From: Felis catus
Lineage: Eukaryota
Assembly (NCBI RefSeq): GCF_018350175.1
Contig: NC_058368.1
Location: 33,482,001 to 33,546,000 of the forward strand
Direction: 5' to 3'
Length of the DNA stretch: 64,000 bases
Notes under the pieces: model-generated
The model's database searches: none
What the model was told of the DNA's origin: nothing
The model's input: the letters and a program-made list of their open reading frames with translations, nothing else
Position numbers and translations under genes: made by a program
In this document: positions 26,507 to 39,060 of the stretch, piece by piece
Layout: each line of letters opens with the position of its first letter
How positions within the stretch are numbered: position 1 is the first letter of the stretch

Positions 26507-26704
26507 GGGGTGCCTGAGTTGGTTAAGTGTCTGACTTCGGGTCAGGTCATGATCTCACGGTTCGTGGGTTCGAGCCCCACGTTGGGCTCTGTGCTGACAG
26601 CTCGGAGCCTGGACCATGCTTTGGATTCTGTGTCTCCCTCTCGCTCTGCTCCTCCCCTGCTCGTGCTCTGTCTCTCTCTCAAAAATAAATACACATTAAA
26701 AAAA
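26507..26704 (+). mobile_element. CAN-SINE
   Basis: TSD ttaaagagaaaata (26491-26504 and 26705-26718). Confidence 0.95.
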
Positions 26705-27379
26705 TTAAAGAGAAAATATAAAGAGAAGAAACAGTGACTCATTTATTATATATACAAAAATGTATCACTTTGTTGCTCCTTTTATTATTATGGGCAATAC
26801 TAGTGCATTGACGTCTCTGACATCTTTTCATATTATATGGGTAACTTTTTCAGTGTGTCAAGATATGTGATTTTGTCAGATTGTTAGGGACCCAGAACCC
26901 CTTTGACTTTAAAGATGTTATATTTAAATACAGACCTATATAAAAAATAATTATGTTGTGCTTCTATATGGTTTATTGAATTAGACACAAATTAACAATT
27001 TTTCTGAGATAATTTGATTTTTGGTTTCAGAAGATTTTGGTATTATTTTTGTTAGCATACAGTTCAAGTTTTTAGGAAAACAATTGTCTAATAAAAGTTT
27101 AATATTGGAAAGCACTATATTAACTAAAAGTTTAAAACATTGTTTTTTCAGCCTCTACCACCTGGCAAGTCAACACGTTAACATATCTTTGTTTTATCCA
27201 GATTCTTTCTCATATCTATTTAGAAGTAATTATTTCAAGTATTTGCTGAATAGGGATAGAAATATAGAGAGACATGTAAGTATTAAACACATACAAGAGT
27301 AAACTATGTGCTATGTGGAATCCTTGTTAAAGGAACTAGAAATGTGGGCAAAATAAGAATGAGAAAATAGACATTGGCA

Positions 27380-27910
27380 GTCTGGATTCTAACTCCAAAC
27401 TCTTTGTCTTTCAATTTCCAGCAGCTGAAATCTCTATCCAGTTCTTACACTGTTAGCTGCACTGTTTGGAATCTACCCTACACAAGAGGGTCCAGATTCA
27501 GGCAGATATTTGGGTCTGTACACAGTTGATACTCCACCTTTTTTACAGATTTGTAACTTCCTTTTTTGGCTCAGTTCTTTGAAGTTTTTCCTCCTTCCCT
27601 GTCTAGAGGTTGTGAGAGCCCTGAACTCTGTGCCCTGGTTCTTCATGAGAGTATCACAGAAAGTTTCTTCCTAAATTTCAGTGCTCATGGTGTCACCTGG
27701 CACGTTCTGTCAGGCAAAAAGCCATAAAAAAAGAAAAAAAATCTTAGCAAATTGCCTCAGTGCCTTCACTTGAGCCAATTTCTCCCTGATCTGGGTTGCT
27801 TTCCATTGCCTTTGAGGAGTTTTGTTTCTGTATTTTTTTTTGAAGTTTTTTTTTTTTTTTCAGTTCCTAGTCACTCTGCAAGTGAGGGCTAGTCCCATAA
27901 AAGCTCCATG
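27380..27910 (-). mobile_element. Possible ancient L1 5' region fragment
   Basis: Resembles old L1ME 5' ends (ccagcagctgaaatctct, ctgggttgctttccattgccttt); recalled similarity only. Confidence 0.4.
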
Positions 27911-28488
27911 ATCAGGAGCCAGTGTGCCAACACCTTCAGGATTTAAGGTGCAGCCCAGGCTCCAAATCTGAAAATGTATAGTTTTCTTGTTCTTTTTTTC
28001 CTTCCAGTCTTGCTGATCTAAGAGCATATTTAACTGTCTTAAATGTACCTACTTTTGGCTAATGGAATTGCATGCCTTACTGATCATAAGTTGTAGAGTA
28101 TTTTATTTGTGCTAATTTACATAATTTGCTGATTAAACTACATATTTAATCTGTTGACCTTTATACATATCTTACTTACACAGGCGTATAATCAAAGCAT
28201 ATACTTAACTGGATGGTGTTTATATCTTACAAACTTATTTATCCCTTATCAACCTCTGAAATACCAGAGACAAGGGCCACATGCTCTTTGCTAAGCAGGA
28301 GTCGAATATTTTCTTCTTTCAAAACTGCATACTTATTGTTTGATTTGGTTAATTCTTATCTTCATTTCCTTAAGTTCTATTGCATTAATTTGTCTTTTTC
28401 TTTTACTATTTTTCTCCCTTCTGTTTTCATTAGCTTTATTTCTTTAAGGCTGTCTCTCTTTATGCCATATTCTGATCAATAATAAATA

Positions 28489-29511
28489 CAGGAAAACCTT
28501 GGTTTGTGAGCATTATGTGTTCTGGAAACATGTTTGTAATCCAAAGCACTTGCATATCAAAGCAAATTTCCTCGTAAGAAATAATGGAAACTCAGATGAT
28601 TCGTTCTACATCCCCAAAATATTCATATAAAAATAATTACAATGCTGTAATATAATTCACAATAATAAATTTTTTAAAAAGATAAACAAATTAACCTGTA
28701 CTTACCTTTGAAAACCTTCGTGGCTGGTGTGAGGGAGACACGAGAGATGAGGGTTATTGTGGAGGACGACTTTCACTAACAGATGTTGACTACATTCAGT
28801 ATTAATAAACTCGTATCATATACTGTATTTAATGGAACTGTCAATAAGACAGCAGACAAAAGGTCTATATCTGCAGGATGCCCAACCTAGAATGAAGCAA
28901 AGCATTCCTAAGCTCACTCTTGAACGGAAAAGCAAAGGACTGTCCATAGGTGCTTTGAAGTGACAAAAAAAAAAAACACTAGTGCTAGTCGTGGGCACCT
29001 TCCAACATTCTGAAAAATCACTGATTTCTGCCAAACACCATGGCCTGTGACCAAGCATCCAAGCATAGGAGACGATCATCCATAATCCCACAGCAAGAGA
29101 GAGAGAGAGAGAGAAGAACCATTGGCTCAGTTGTGATCACGTAACATTTGATGGCACGTACCACTCGTATTACAAGACATCATTCGTTTTTCAAGTGAAA
29201 ATTTTTTAGAAATATTTGCTCGTCTTGGGGCGCCTGGGTGGCTCAGTCGGTTAAGTGTCCGACTTTGTCTCATGTCATGATCTCACAGTCCGTGAGTTCG
29301 AGCCCCACGTCGGGCTCTGTGCTGACAGCTCAGAGCCTGGCGCCTGTTTCAGATTCTGTATCTCCCTCTCTCTCTGCCCCTCCCCTGTTCATGCTCTGTC
29401 TCTCTCTGTCTCAAAAATAAATAAACGATAAAAAAAAAAAAACTAAAAACAAAATTTGTTCGCTTGCAGAACACTTACAGAACAAGTTACTCGCAATCCA
29501 AGGTTTTACTG
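28489..29511. mobile_element. Non-autonomous Tc1/mariner (Tigger/pogo-type) DNA transposon with an inserted SINE
   Basis: 22-bp terminal inverted repeats (caggaaaaccttggtttgtgag versus reverse complement cagtaaaaccttggattgcgag, 19/22) with TA on both sides. Confidence 0.85.
29227..29450 (+). mobile_element. CAN-SINE inside the DNA transposon
   Basis: Near-consensus SINE with a degenerate TSD. Confidence 0.95.
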
Positions 29512-30413
29512 TATATCGTTTATGAGCTCCAAGATATATGGGGTTAAAATCTTCCCCCTGGAAATTTTAATGAAAACATGATTTTGCACAGGTTGGGGAG
29601 TCTGATTTGTTCAGTCTTTCCTCTGATTTAGAACTGCCTTTTAATATATATTTTTATATTCAGTAAAAATTCTCAAATTTGGTATGTACTCTAGTAGGGG
29701 AGAGAGGTAAGGAAAGACACAATTGTAATATGACAAATAAATGTTATGCGCTTAATGTGAGGTAGTTTGCACATGGGAGGGACAATTAACCCATAGTTGT
29801 ATAGGAAAAAAAATATATATATATATAACTGGAAGTTGGCTTTATAAGCTGACTCTTGAAAGAAATCTGGTTGTCTCAATAATATAAATTTATTGACCTA
29901 ACATTTTGGTATCTGACATTTTCTTCTGTGTGATATTCTTTTAAAAAGAGAAATGTTAACTAAGTAAACAAAGTAATGTTAAGGGCCTCAGCCATTAGCA
30001 TATTTTCTTAAAACGTGTGAAATCTTTATTTCTTATATATGTGAAATTAACATTGAAGTTAATTAATTGGCCAATGCCAAGAGCTAGATTCTGGCAGATT
30101 TGGACTTGGTTTTGAGACTGCATTATTAGACTTCAATGTGACTAGACAGAGTTTCTTGCCTAATAATAAAAATTAAAAAATCAAGTTTAAAGATAGACAA
30201 TGGATTGTTAGATGAAATAGCTCAGAAAAGAGAAAGGAAGACCATTTACAAATGACAGTTGCAAGATTTTGAATGGGTAAATAGGATTCAAACCCAGGAC
30301 CTTTGACTGAATTATTTATTAATTCATGTCAGTGTCAATACTGTCAATCCTATTTTGAAGACCTATTTCTTAACTTCATAAACCACAATCCCCCATAAAA
30401 TTACACTATTTGA

Positions 30414-30603
30414 GGGGCATCTGAGTGGCTCAGTCGGTTAAGTGTCCGACTCTAGCTCAGGTCATGATCTCACAGTTCCTGAGTTTGAGCCCCATGTTGG
30501 GCTCTGTGCTAAAGAATTCTGTGTCTCCTTCTCTCTCTGCCCCTCCCCTACTTGTGATCTGTCTCTTTCTCTCTCCAAAATGATAAACATTAAAAAAATT
30601 AGA
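30414..30603 (+). mobile_element. CAN-SINE with internal deletion
   Basis: Head and tail are present; the gacagctcagagcctggagcctg segment is missing. Confidence 0.9.
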
Positions 30604-30639
30604 AAGGAGTATAGTATTTGATGTCTATATTGTATATCT

Positions 30640-31540
30640 ATTTTTGATCAATTTAATTTAGAATATTATTCAAAATACAGAACAATTTTGCAGGTAGTCC
30701 ACAGTCCCTCAAGTTCCTCACACCCAATTTCCACTCATATTAACATCTTAAATTAGCATGGTACATTTGTTATAATAGTGAACCAATAATTATATATTAT
30801 CATTAACTAAACTTATTACTTGAGTCAGGTTTTATAAGTTTTTACTTGTTATCTTTTTCTGTTCTGGGATCCCATCCAGAACACTACACTTAGTAAGCAT
30901 GTTTCTTTGGGCTCCTTTACCTGTGACAATTTCTCAGACCATCTTTGTTTCTGATGACTTTTATGGTTATGAGGAGTAGTGGTCATCTTTTATAGAATGT
31001 TCCTTAATTAAGATTTGTCTGATATATTTCTCATGATTTGAAAGGGAGTCTGTGTGCTAGGGAGGCAGACCACAGCAATAATGTGTCATTATCATCACAT
31101 CATATCAAGTATGCATACTATCAGTGTAACTTAGCACTGTTAATATTGATTTTGATGAGTTGGCTTTGATTTTGATGATGGCGTTCCTAAGATTTTTCCA
31201 CTGTAAAGTTACTTTCCTCCCCCCCACCTTTTCAATATTACACTTTTTGAAAGGAAGTTATAATCCGCATTCCACCCTCAAACAGTGGGGAGTTCTATTT
31301 TCTCTCCTTGAGGAATGAATATCTGTATAAATTATTTGAAATTCTCCTGCATAGGAGATTTGTCTAGAATTCTCATTTTACTTATTAATTCATTTGTTTC
31401 TATCAGTATAGACTCATGAATATTTATTTTATACTTTAGAAAATAAGCAAATACTACTTTATCGCGGTGCTCAAATTATTCCAACTTTGGCTATCATGAA
31501 CTCTACCAGTGGCTCCTTTATCCCTTTAAAAATATCCCCA

Positions 31541-31583
<43 letters not shown>

Positions 31584-32120
31584 GAACACCTCCTTATTTT
31601 CTGATACCACAAGATACTCAGAGCCATCTTGTACATTTTTTGCTCCTGGCCTAGAATAAGCTACTTTTCCATGAAGCCCCAGTTGCTTTCACTAAAGAAT
31701 GATATTATAAATCAGTATCTGGGTGCTACATTAGGTATGCTTGTTGCTCTCAGAATGTCATTGCTTCTAGGTGTAGGAAGCTGATTTAGCAAGGAAGTAT
31801 ACGTCAGTGTACTAACACATGTGTATATACATATATATAAAATATTGCTATATATAACAGTCTGTATCTGCATTAAGGAAAATATGAATTAATACTGACG
31901 TCTTCACTCTGATCCTTTGCTATGTGTATCACTTTACCCTCCTCTTGTTATCTGTAGACACCAATTGTAATAGAAACTTAGCTCCCGCCATCTGCCATCC
32001 ATTTAATTGTTCAATTCCAGTACATATGTATAGCAGTGTCAAAATTCTTAACCAAAACCCAAAACCCGCCGTGGAAACAACTATATCAACTATGCTACAG
32101 TGCTTATGTTCAGCATAATG
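30640..32120 (-). mobile_element. Old L1 3' end (L1MC-like)
   Basis: catggtacatttgttataatagtgaaccaata, gggatcccatccagaacac and ccactgtaaagttact motifs of long L1MC 3'UTRs. Confidence 0.75.
31543..31582. repeat. (GT)n microsatellite
   Basis: About 20 GT units. Confidence 0.95.
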
Positions 32121-32399
32121 TTCATCACTGAAGATATACAGATGACAAATCACACTCGATCTATTCAACTCCGCCCTTAGGGAAGGATTATTTGCAAAGC
32201 ACGTATCTGCTGCAGAGAAAGCAGATGTTGACTCACATAGTCATCTGATCTTTTAAAGATTCAAAGGCAACTGAAGAAAGAAAGGATAGTCTTTTCAACA
32301 ATTGGTGCTAGGATACTTGGTCGTCCGTGGAAAAATAAACGTAGACATGGAACTTTCATAAAACAGCCTTTATTATGTTGTAATTTTATTCTATATGTA

Positions 32400-33309
32400 A
32401 CAATTTTTCTCAGCTTTTTGGTTTTTAATATGAAAATGTATTTATATAGTCTTCATTTGAAAGGCATTTTGTTGGATACAAGATTATTGAGTGATAGGGT
32501 TTTTGTTTGGGGGTTTTTCTGGTTTCTTTTGCTTTTTACTTTCAGCATTTTGAATATGCTGTCTTGTTGCTTCATGGCCCTATTGTTTTCAGATACTCAG
32601 CTGTTGGTTTTTTTGTGCTTCCTTTTGTGCATAAGTCATTTTTCTCTTGCTTCTTTCAAGATTTTGTCTTGGGTTTTCAGTATATTGACCATGATGTGTC
32701 TGAGCATGGATCTCTCTCCCTCTTGGACTTGATGGTGGCTTCTTGGATGTGTAGATTAATGTTTTTAACTGTTTGAGAAAGTGTTCAGTCATTTTATTTT
32801 CAAGTAATTTTCTTCTACCTTTTCATCTCCTGTAATTCCAGTACTTGTATATGGGAGTACTTAGGGAGTCCCGCACTTTTCTGAAACCTCTGCTGATTTT
32901 TTTCCTCATTCATTTATTTCTCTGTTCTTCAGATTGCATAGCATGTTTTGAAAATCTTCAGGTTTACTGTATCTCTTCTCCATGAACCTCAATGTACTGT
33001 TGAGCTATACTGCTGTGGATTTTTTTATTTCAGGAACTACTCTTTTCAACTCCAGAATATCTATTTGATTATTTAATAATTTCTATTTCTTGGGGCGCCT
33101 GGGTGGCTCAGTCGGTTAAGCGGCCGACTTCGGCTCAGGTCATGATCTCACGGCTTGTGAGTTTGAGCCCCACATTGGGCTCTGTGCTGACAGCTCGGAG
33201 CCTGGAGCCCGTTTCTGATTCTGTCTCCCTCTCTGCTCCTCCCCTGTTCATGCTCGTGCACGCAGTGTCTCTCTCTCTCTCTCTCTCTCTCTCAAAAAAA
33301 ATAAATATA

Positions 33310-33344
<35 letters not shown>

Positions 33345-33675
33345 ATTAAACAAACGTTAATTTTTTTTAATAATTTCTATTTCTTTACAGATATTTTTTA
33401 TTTAAGGAGACATTGTCAAAAAACCTTTCTTTAATGTTTTAGGAATGGTGTCTTTTAGTTCTTTGAGCTATATTTATAGAATCTGCTTTATAGTCTATCT
33501 GCTAAGTTCACCATCTTGTCTCCTTCAAAGATAGTTTCTAATGCCTGCTTTTTTCCTGTGTAAAGATCACACTTTTTCTGTGCCAACATGTATCTCAAAA
33601 TCTTACAACTTTAATTGAAAACTGGACATTTTGATAATAATTGTGGTAACTGTGTATAATGATTTTGCCTGGTCC
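32400..33675 (-). mobile_element. Old L1 ORF1-region fragment, interrupted by a SINE
   Basis: T-rich; ttcagcattttgaatatgc, gcttctttcaagattttgtctt and gcttcttggatgtgtagattaatg are typical of antisense L1 ORF1. Confidence 0.7.
33092..33365 (+). mobile_element. CAN-SINE
   Basis: 20-bp TSD tttaataatttctatttctt (33072-33091 and 33366-33385); (TAAA)n tail. Confidence 0.95.
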
Positions 33676-34272
33676 TTTTGTAACCTATGGGAGAGACTGC
33701 ATTGTGTGAATGGAGGTCTTGGTCCTTCAATTCCTAAGAAGATTTACATGGGGATTCACTCTAGAATAAAGACAGCCAGAAGGAAAGTAGCAAGGGCAAA
33801 GCAGTTTATTAAAGTGAAAGTACACTCTCAAGGTGGGAGAGGGGCAGGTTCCTGAGGTGGAACAGGTCCTAGGTTGTTTTGGGATTGGATATTTGTTACG
33901 TTTCTCTGAGCTGGGAGTTGTTATGATTTATGGTGGGGTGGTCTCTTATGGAAGCTGCTTCCAATCATTTGGGGGACTCCTCCCACAGGTAGGAAGGGGG
34001 AGTTTTAGGCCCTACAAGGTTTGTACAAGAACGATCATGGCAACGTTTCTCCATGGTAGGGTGGGGACTGTAATTGCAAGCAGATGCATTATAATGAGTC
34101 TAGTGATCACCCTGGACAGGGGTGGAAGAGGAGACCACATACTCTGTACCTGTGTCTCTTGATCTGTCAGCCCCAAGGTCTTGGAAGCCACAAGGTCAGG
34201 ATGTTGTGCCCCCATATTCTAATGAGTAACCTATTTAGCACCTGTCCTTGCCTCCAGCTCATGTCTCTGTCA
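33676..34272 (-). mobile_element. Probable ERV1-type solo LTR
   Basis: GC-richer block interrupting L1; reverse AATAAA at 33805-33810; ends in CA; candidate 4-bp TSD gtcc; left terminus imperfect. Confidence 0.55.
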
Positions 34273-34436
34273 GTCCACTTCAAGAACCTGAGACTCTGTC
34301 TCTGGGTACTCCTTCCACTGCTCCTGTTTACCTTCTACCTAACACTTTATTTGTTTAGATACTTAGATGAATTAATTCTGCAAAGTCTATTTCCCTTGTC
34401 TATTGTACAGCCTCTAATGTTCTACTAGAGTTATTT

Positions 34437-34477
34437 TTCTCCTTTCTTCCTTCCTCCTTCCCTCCCTTCCTCCCTCC

Positions 34478-34535
<58 letters not shown>

Positions 34536-34544
34536 CTTTCTTTT

Positions 34545-34591
<47 letters not shown>

Positions 34592-34737
34592 CTTTCTTCT
34601 TGCTTTTTCTTTCTTTCTTCTTGCTCTTTCTTTCTTTCTTTCTTTCTTCTTTTTCTTTCTTCTTGCTTTCTCCTTTCTTTCTTTCTTTCTTTCTTTCTTT
34701 CCTTTTCTTTTCTTTTCTTTCCTTTTCTTTTCTTTTT
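34437..34737. repeat. Compound (CTTT)n/(CCTT)n/(CTTTT)n polypyrimidine microsatellite
   Basis: About 300 bp of almost pure C/T. Confidence 0.97.
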
Positions 34738-35489
34738 TAAATTTTTGATAGAATGGACTACAGTTTGTCCCTCAACCAACGTAAGACATTGTCAGAAGTT
34801 TTATTGATGTCTCTTCATCAGTCTTATTTTTCCCTTTACCATTTGACTTTTGTAGCTTGGAGACTACTATGTCAGTTCTTGACCATAATTAGTAAAAGTA
34901 AACTCACCTTTTCTTCTGAAATAATTTCATCTGTATTGTTGATGACTATAATCTATTTGTTATTAGAGAACTGTTGTTCTTAAGTTACAGACAAGAATTT
35001 TAGTCCAAGTACTCCCGATCTTTATCTATTTCCTACCATTGGATTATGAATTTACAGAGAAATGGTATTTTTGTTGTTGTTGTTGTTGTTTTTCACTATT
35101 ATGTCCTCAGGAACTAGGGGACTGTCAGCTCAAAACAGATGAACAATTTTTGTTGAGTAAATGGATTAGCATTCTTCACTATCCTTTTCTATACTATTTT
35201 AATATTAAGAGTGTGTCTCCTTTCATAAAGCCACTTTGTGAGAATTATTATAAATATTCAGATATTAGTGTGAAATTCTAAATATTAGACTTTAAAACAA
35301 TGTCTTTACCAAGTATATTATATTTTTGTGACTGCAGTTTTTTAGAGTAGTCACTGATTATCAAAGGAATCACTTTTTTACTCTTTTTAAGGTTCCATAA
35401 ATACGTGAATGTCAACTCTTGCATGGTTGCCTTTTATGTCTTAGAGGAACTGCTTTTGAGACTAATATGAGGTAAAATGTGATAAGGGG

Positions 35490-35878
35490 TGTCAGCTGGT
35501 GTAAGCTATGATATGCCACTTAGGAATGACTGCCTTTAACCTTTACAGAGATGTATTGGACTAAAGAAAATTATCGCAACCAAAGACATACCTCCTTTCA
35601 GGGGACAACCCGTATTCAGTGGCTGATAAATGTAGTGGTTAAAGTCCTGCTCTCTAACCCCAGCTCAAAGACTATTCAGAAGTGCCATCCAGTCTCCTAA
35701 TGTCTCTGGATTTAGGTGAGAACTTCATTTAAAGTACATCACAACTAAGCTGCTTTCTCTCCTAATGCCGCCCTTTCCTCTTACATTTTGTAGATACTGA
35801 CTGAAGGAGTACAAACGTATAAACATCCTGCAAATGCATCTGTACCTCAGTATGTTCAGGGTAACCCAACCTCTAACA
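35490..35878 (+). mobile_element. ERVL solo LTR (LTR16-like)
   Basis: 3' end taaacatcctgcaaatgcatctgtacctcag...ggtaacccaacctctaaca resembles LTR16. Confidence 0.6.
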
Positions 35879-36290
35879 GTGCCCCTTTCTATAGTCAAAA
35901 TTGATCAGTTAAATTTTTGTACTTTTACACAATAGAATATTATGGACCATTTAAATTAATTACATATCTGTCTCCATCTCTATTACTATATTTATACATC
36001 TATACCTGTGTATTTCTACATATGTATCATTTATATCTATATTTACTATTTAGGAAAGGGGATGTTGGTAAAAAAAATGAAACATTTGATGTGATTACAC
36101 TATAAATCAAATTATGGAACCATTATTTTAAAGAGAAAGACCTGTCAGAATAACTATCACATAGGTGCTGTTGGCTTTGAAGAATGAGAGAACATAAAGC
36201 TTGTTTTTTTTACATATCTTTTGCTTAACATTTTGTAGTGATTATGTGCTATTTTTTAATAAGACAAAAGAGATTCACAATGCCATAATA

Positions 36291-36514
36291 CTTTTTTTTA
36301 AGTTTGTTTATTTTGAGAGAGAGAGAGAGGGAGAGAGAGGGAGAGAGTGAGCGAGCAGGGGAGGGGTAGAGAGAGAGGGAGAGAGAATCCCAAGCCGGCT
36401 CCATGCTGCCAGCTCAGAGCCTGATGTGTGGCTTGATCTCACAAACCATGAGATCATGACCTGAGCCCAAATCAAAAGTTGGACACTTAACCAACTGAGT
36501 CACCCAGGTGCCCC
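36291..36514 (-). mobile_element. CAN-SINE
   Basis: Reverse SINE with (GA)n. Confidence 0.92.
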
Positions 36515-36543
36515 TAATTTTTTTTTTTAATGATGATGATAAT

Positions 36544-36927
36544 TGTTGTGCAATGAAGTGTTGCCCCCTCCCCAGTTCACGGGTTGAATCCCCCTAATCC
36601 CCAGTCTGATAGTATTTGGAGACAGGTCCTTTAAGGAGAAATAAGGTTAAGTGGTGTCCTAAGGGTAGAACCTGAATCCAAAAGGACTACTGTCCTTACA
36701 GGAAGAGGAAGAGACACCAGGAGATTGCATACACTGAGAAAGGGTGTGTGAGGACAGAGTAGGAAGGCATCTGTCTGCAAGCCAGGAGAGTGGCCTTATC
36801 AGAAACCAGTTCTGCCAGGGTCTTAATCTTCCACTTCCAGTCTCTACAACTGTAAGAAAAAAGTTTCTGTTGTTTAATCCATCAAGTCTGTGGTGTTCTG
36901 TTATGGCAGCTTTGGTAGATTAATGCA
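36544..36927 (+). mobile_element. MaLR solo LTR (MLT1A-like)
   Basis: gtatttggagacaggtcctttaaggag, gaagaggaagagacaccag and ctgcaagccaggagag internally; ctgttatggcagc near the end. Confidence 0.85.
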
Positions 36928-37357
36928 ACAAAGATACCCTCTAGGTTAAAAAAAAAATACAAAGATGATGATGATAATGCCATGATGAGGAATACTTTAT
37001 TTAAATTTTGCAAGTGTTCTTGGTTAAGTTCTGTGAATGGAACTTCCAAAAAGGCATTTGAGGTTTAAATGCAATTAATGGTTTATTCAGATGACAACCA
37101 ATCATCTTAAAAATATGATTCTTCATTTAGGAACATATTTCAGTATTTATTTCAACATGCCTCTTTTTTTTTTTTTTTGTTCTTTTACCCTCTACATAAC
37201 TCGTACTTCTTCAAAATTATTATTTGGTTTAATCTTATATATCTGATTTTTTGGAGACCATTATGAATTTGCTGTAAATATCATATTTTTCACTTTTTAT
37301 TATTAATCCTTTCATTGATTATATGAGTCAAACAATAAAAGAATATTAAGGTTACAT

Positions 37358-37548
37358 GGGGTGCCTGACTGGCTCAGTTGGTTAAGCATCTGACTCCTGA
37401 TTTTGGCTCAGGTCACGATCTCATGGTTCATGAGTTCAAGCCTGCTGTCAGGCTCTCCACTGTCAGCATGGAGTCTGCTTGGGATGCTTTCTCACTCTCC
37501 CTCTCTCTCTGCACCTCTCCTGCTCTCTCTTTTTCTCTCTGTTTTTAA
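37358..37548 (+). mobile_element. CAN-SINE (older)
   Basis: ggggtgcctgactggctcagttgg head and (CT)n. Confidence 0.9.
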
Positions 37549-38539
37549 AGTCATAGTATATCATGAAATTAATTAATTTAATGTCATGTATTTGCGCTAC
37601 ATTGCTTGTAATCTTGTTGTCATGTTGGTTCCTGTTATTGTTGTTGCTTTGTTTTTGTCATGGTTGGAATATGTCTGGTGTTAGTACTGCCTATTTTGAG
37701 AGCACTGTTGTTATTAGCAGTTAGATAAGTTGATAGTATTCATTGAATATTTTAAGATTTTCCTCAAAATACCGGCATAAAATATTTCACGGTGTAATGA
37801 CTATTATGGCAATATTACCAAAAGGTTGTTAGTCACATCAGTGTTTTCATGGATATCAGGAATTATAATATTTTCCTGTACAATTATCCTCTAAGTTTGT
37901 GGTAATGTTTTAAACAGGCAGAAAAAAGGAGTTTTCTGTTTAGCATTAAATGTGCAAATGCCAAGAACATGAGTTCTGCTGCACTGAAAAGGTACACTCA
38001 GTCTGTTATGTCTAACCAATTGTCAATGCGTCACCAGAAATGGTTGAATTGTCAAAACAGATCCACGTAAGTCACAGGTTTTCCCCAACACTGGCATTTG
38101 CTAATGATTAGTAAAGAATGAAAACAACCAAGAAATAGCCACAAGCTCATCATCATTCTTGAGAAGTTTTAGATTTCCAAAAGCCTCTTTTGGCACACTG
38201 GGATATAGTTCTATTTCAAAGTGACAAATGCAACTCTGTGCGGTACAGCTGACCACAAGGAAGCCACTTGGTTTGGGGCCTTTTTTGGTTTTTATACGTT
38301 GACTGTCATGTAGCTAAAGGACCTATGTGACTTGCCTGCACTGATCACTTGAAAATTTTCATTGTTGATGCAGCCGCATCCCATAAATCCAAATCATGGC
38401 TTCATGACTACTAAACAACCAAGTTACACAAGAACTTAGAGAAGAACCTAAAAGCTTCTTATCAGAGCTCTGGAGGGGGTCTAAAAGGTAGATTCCCTAA
38501 GGATGGAGGAAGGAATGTAGAGACTGAATACTAACTGTT

Positions 38540-39060
38540 TTCTTCCTAGTTGCCACGTGAAACTGAACCTCATTTCTTAAGAGAAGAGAGAAATTCAGAT
38601 TTTTATGTGTAACGTCCTATGTATAATCCTGCCTGAAATTTTGTGTAGGATTTAGTCCATAAGCTGCCAGATCGCTTCTTCTATTGAAGATATAGTGAGG
38701 CCCTTTTCCCTCTCCTACTGTTTTCTTGAAGCCAACTCGATGATCAGGTAATAATTTGCACGCTGAAAAGCATTGCGAGGCCATCATTTAACAATTTAAT
38801 AATGCCATTTGTCTTCCATCAGAGAAAGCAGACGAAGGGGTGAAATAATAAGGAGATATGTTATGACAAAAAATAGGACGTCCAGAGGCAGGGCAATTCA
38901 GAGATCTGATGACTCAGCTACTTGGCAACGCCCTCGCTCCACTCGAGCTTGTCTCCTGCCTTTTCCCTGTGTTTCACGATGCTCTCAGGGCTCCTTCCTT
39001 ACAGGATGGCAAAATGTAGCACAAAAGGATCGTCACGGGGTTACGTGAAATAAGAGTGAA
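38540..39060. promoter_or_regulatory. Candidate cis-regulatory element (CpG-retaining; AP-1/ARE, X-box-like and E-box motifs)
   Basis: 12 CpGs in 38738-39045; ATGACTCAGC at 38909-38918; GTTGCCACGTGAAAC at 38549-38563; no repeat recognised. Confidence 0.35.

Noticed and set aside
34414..34779. 121-aa K/E/R-rich ORF
   Set aside because: It is a translation of the (AAAG)n microsatellite.
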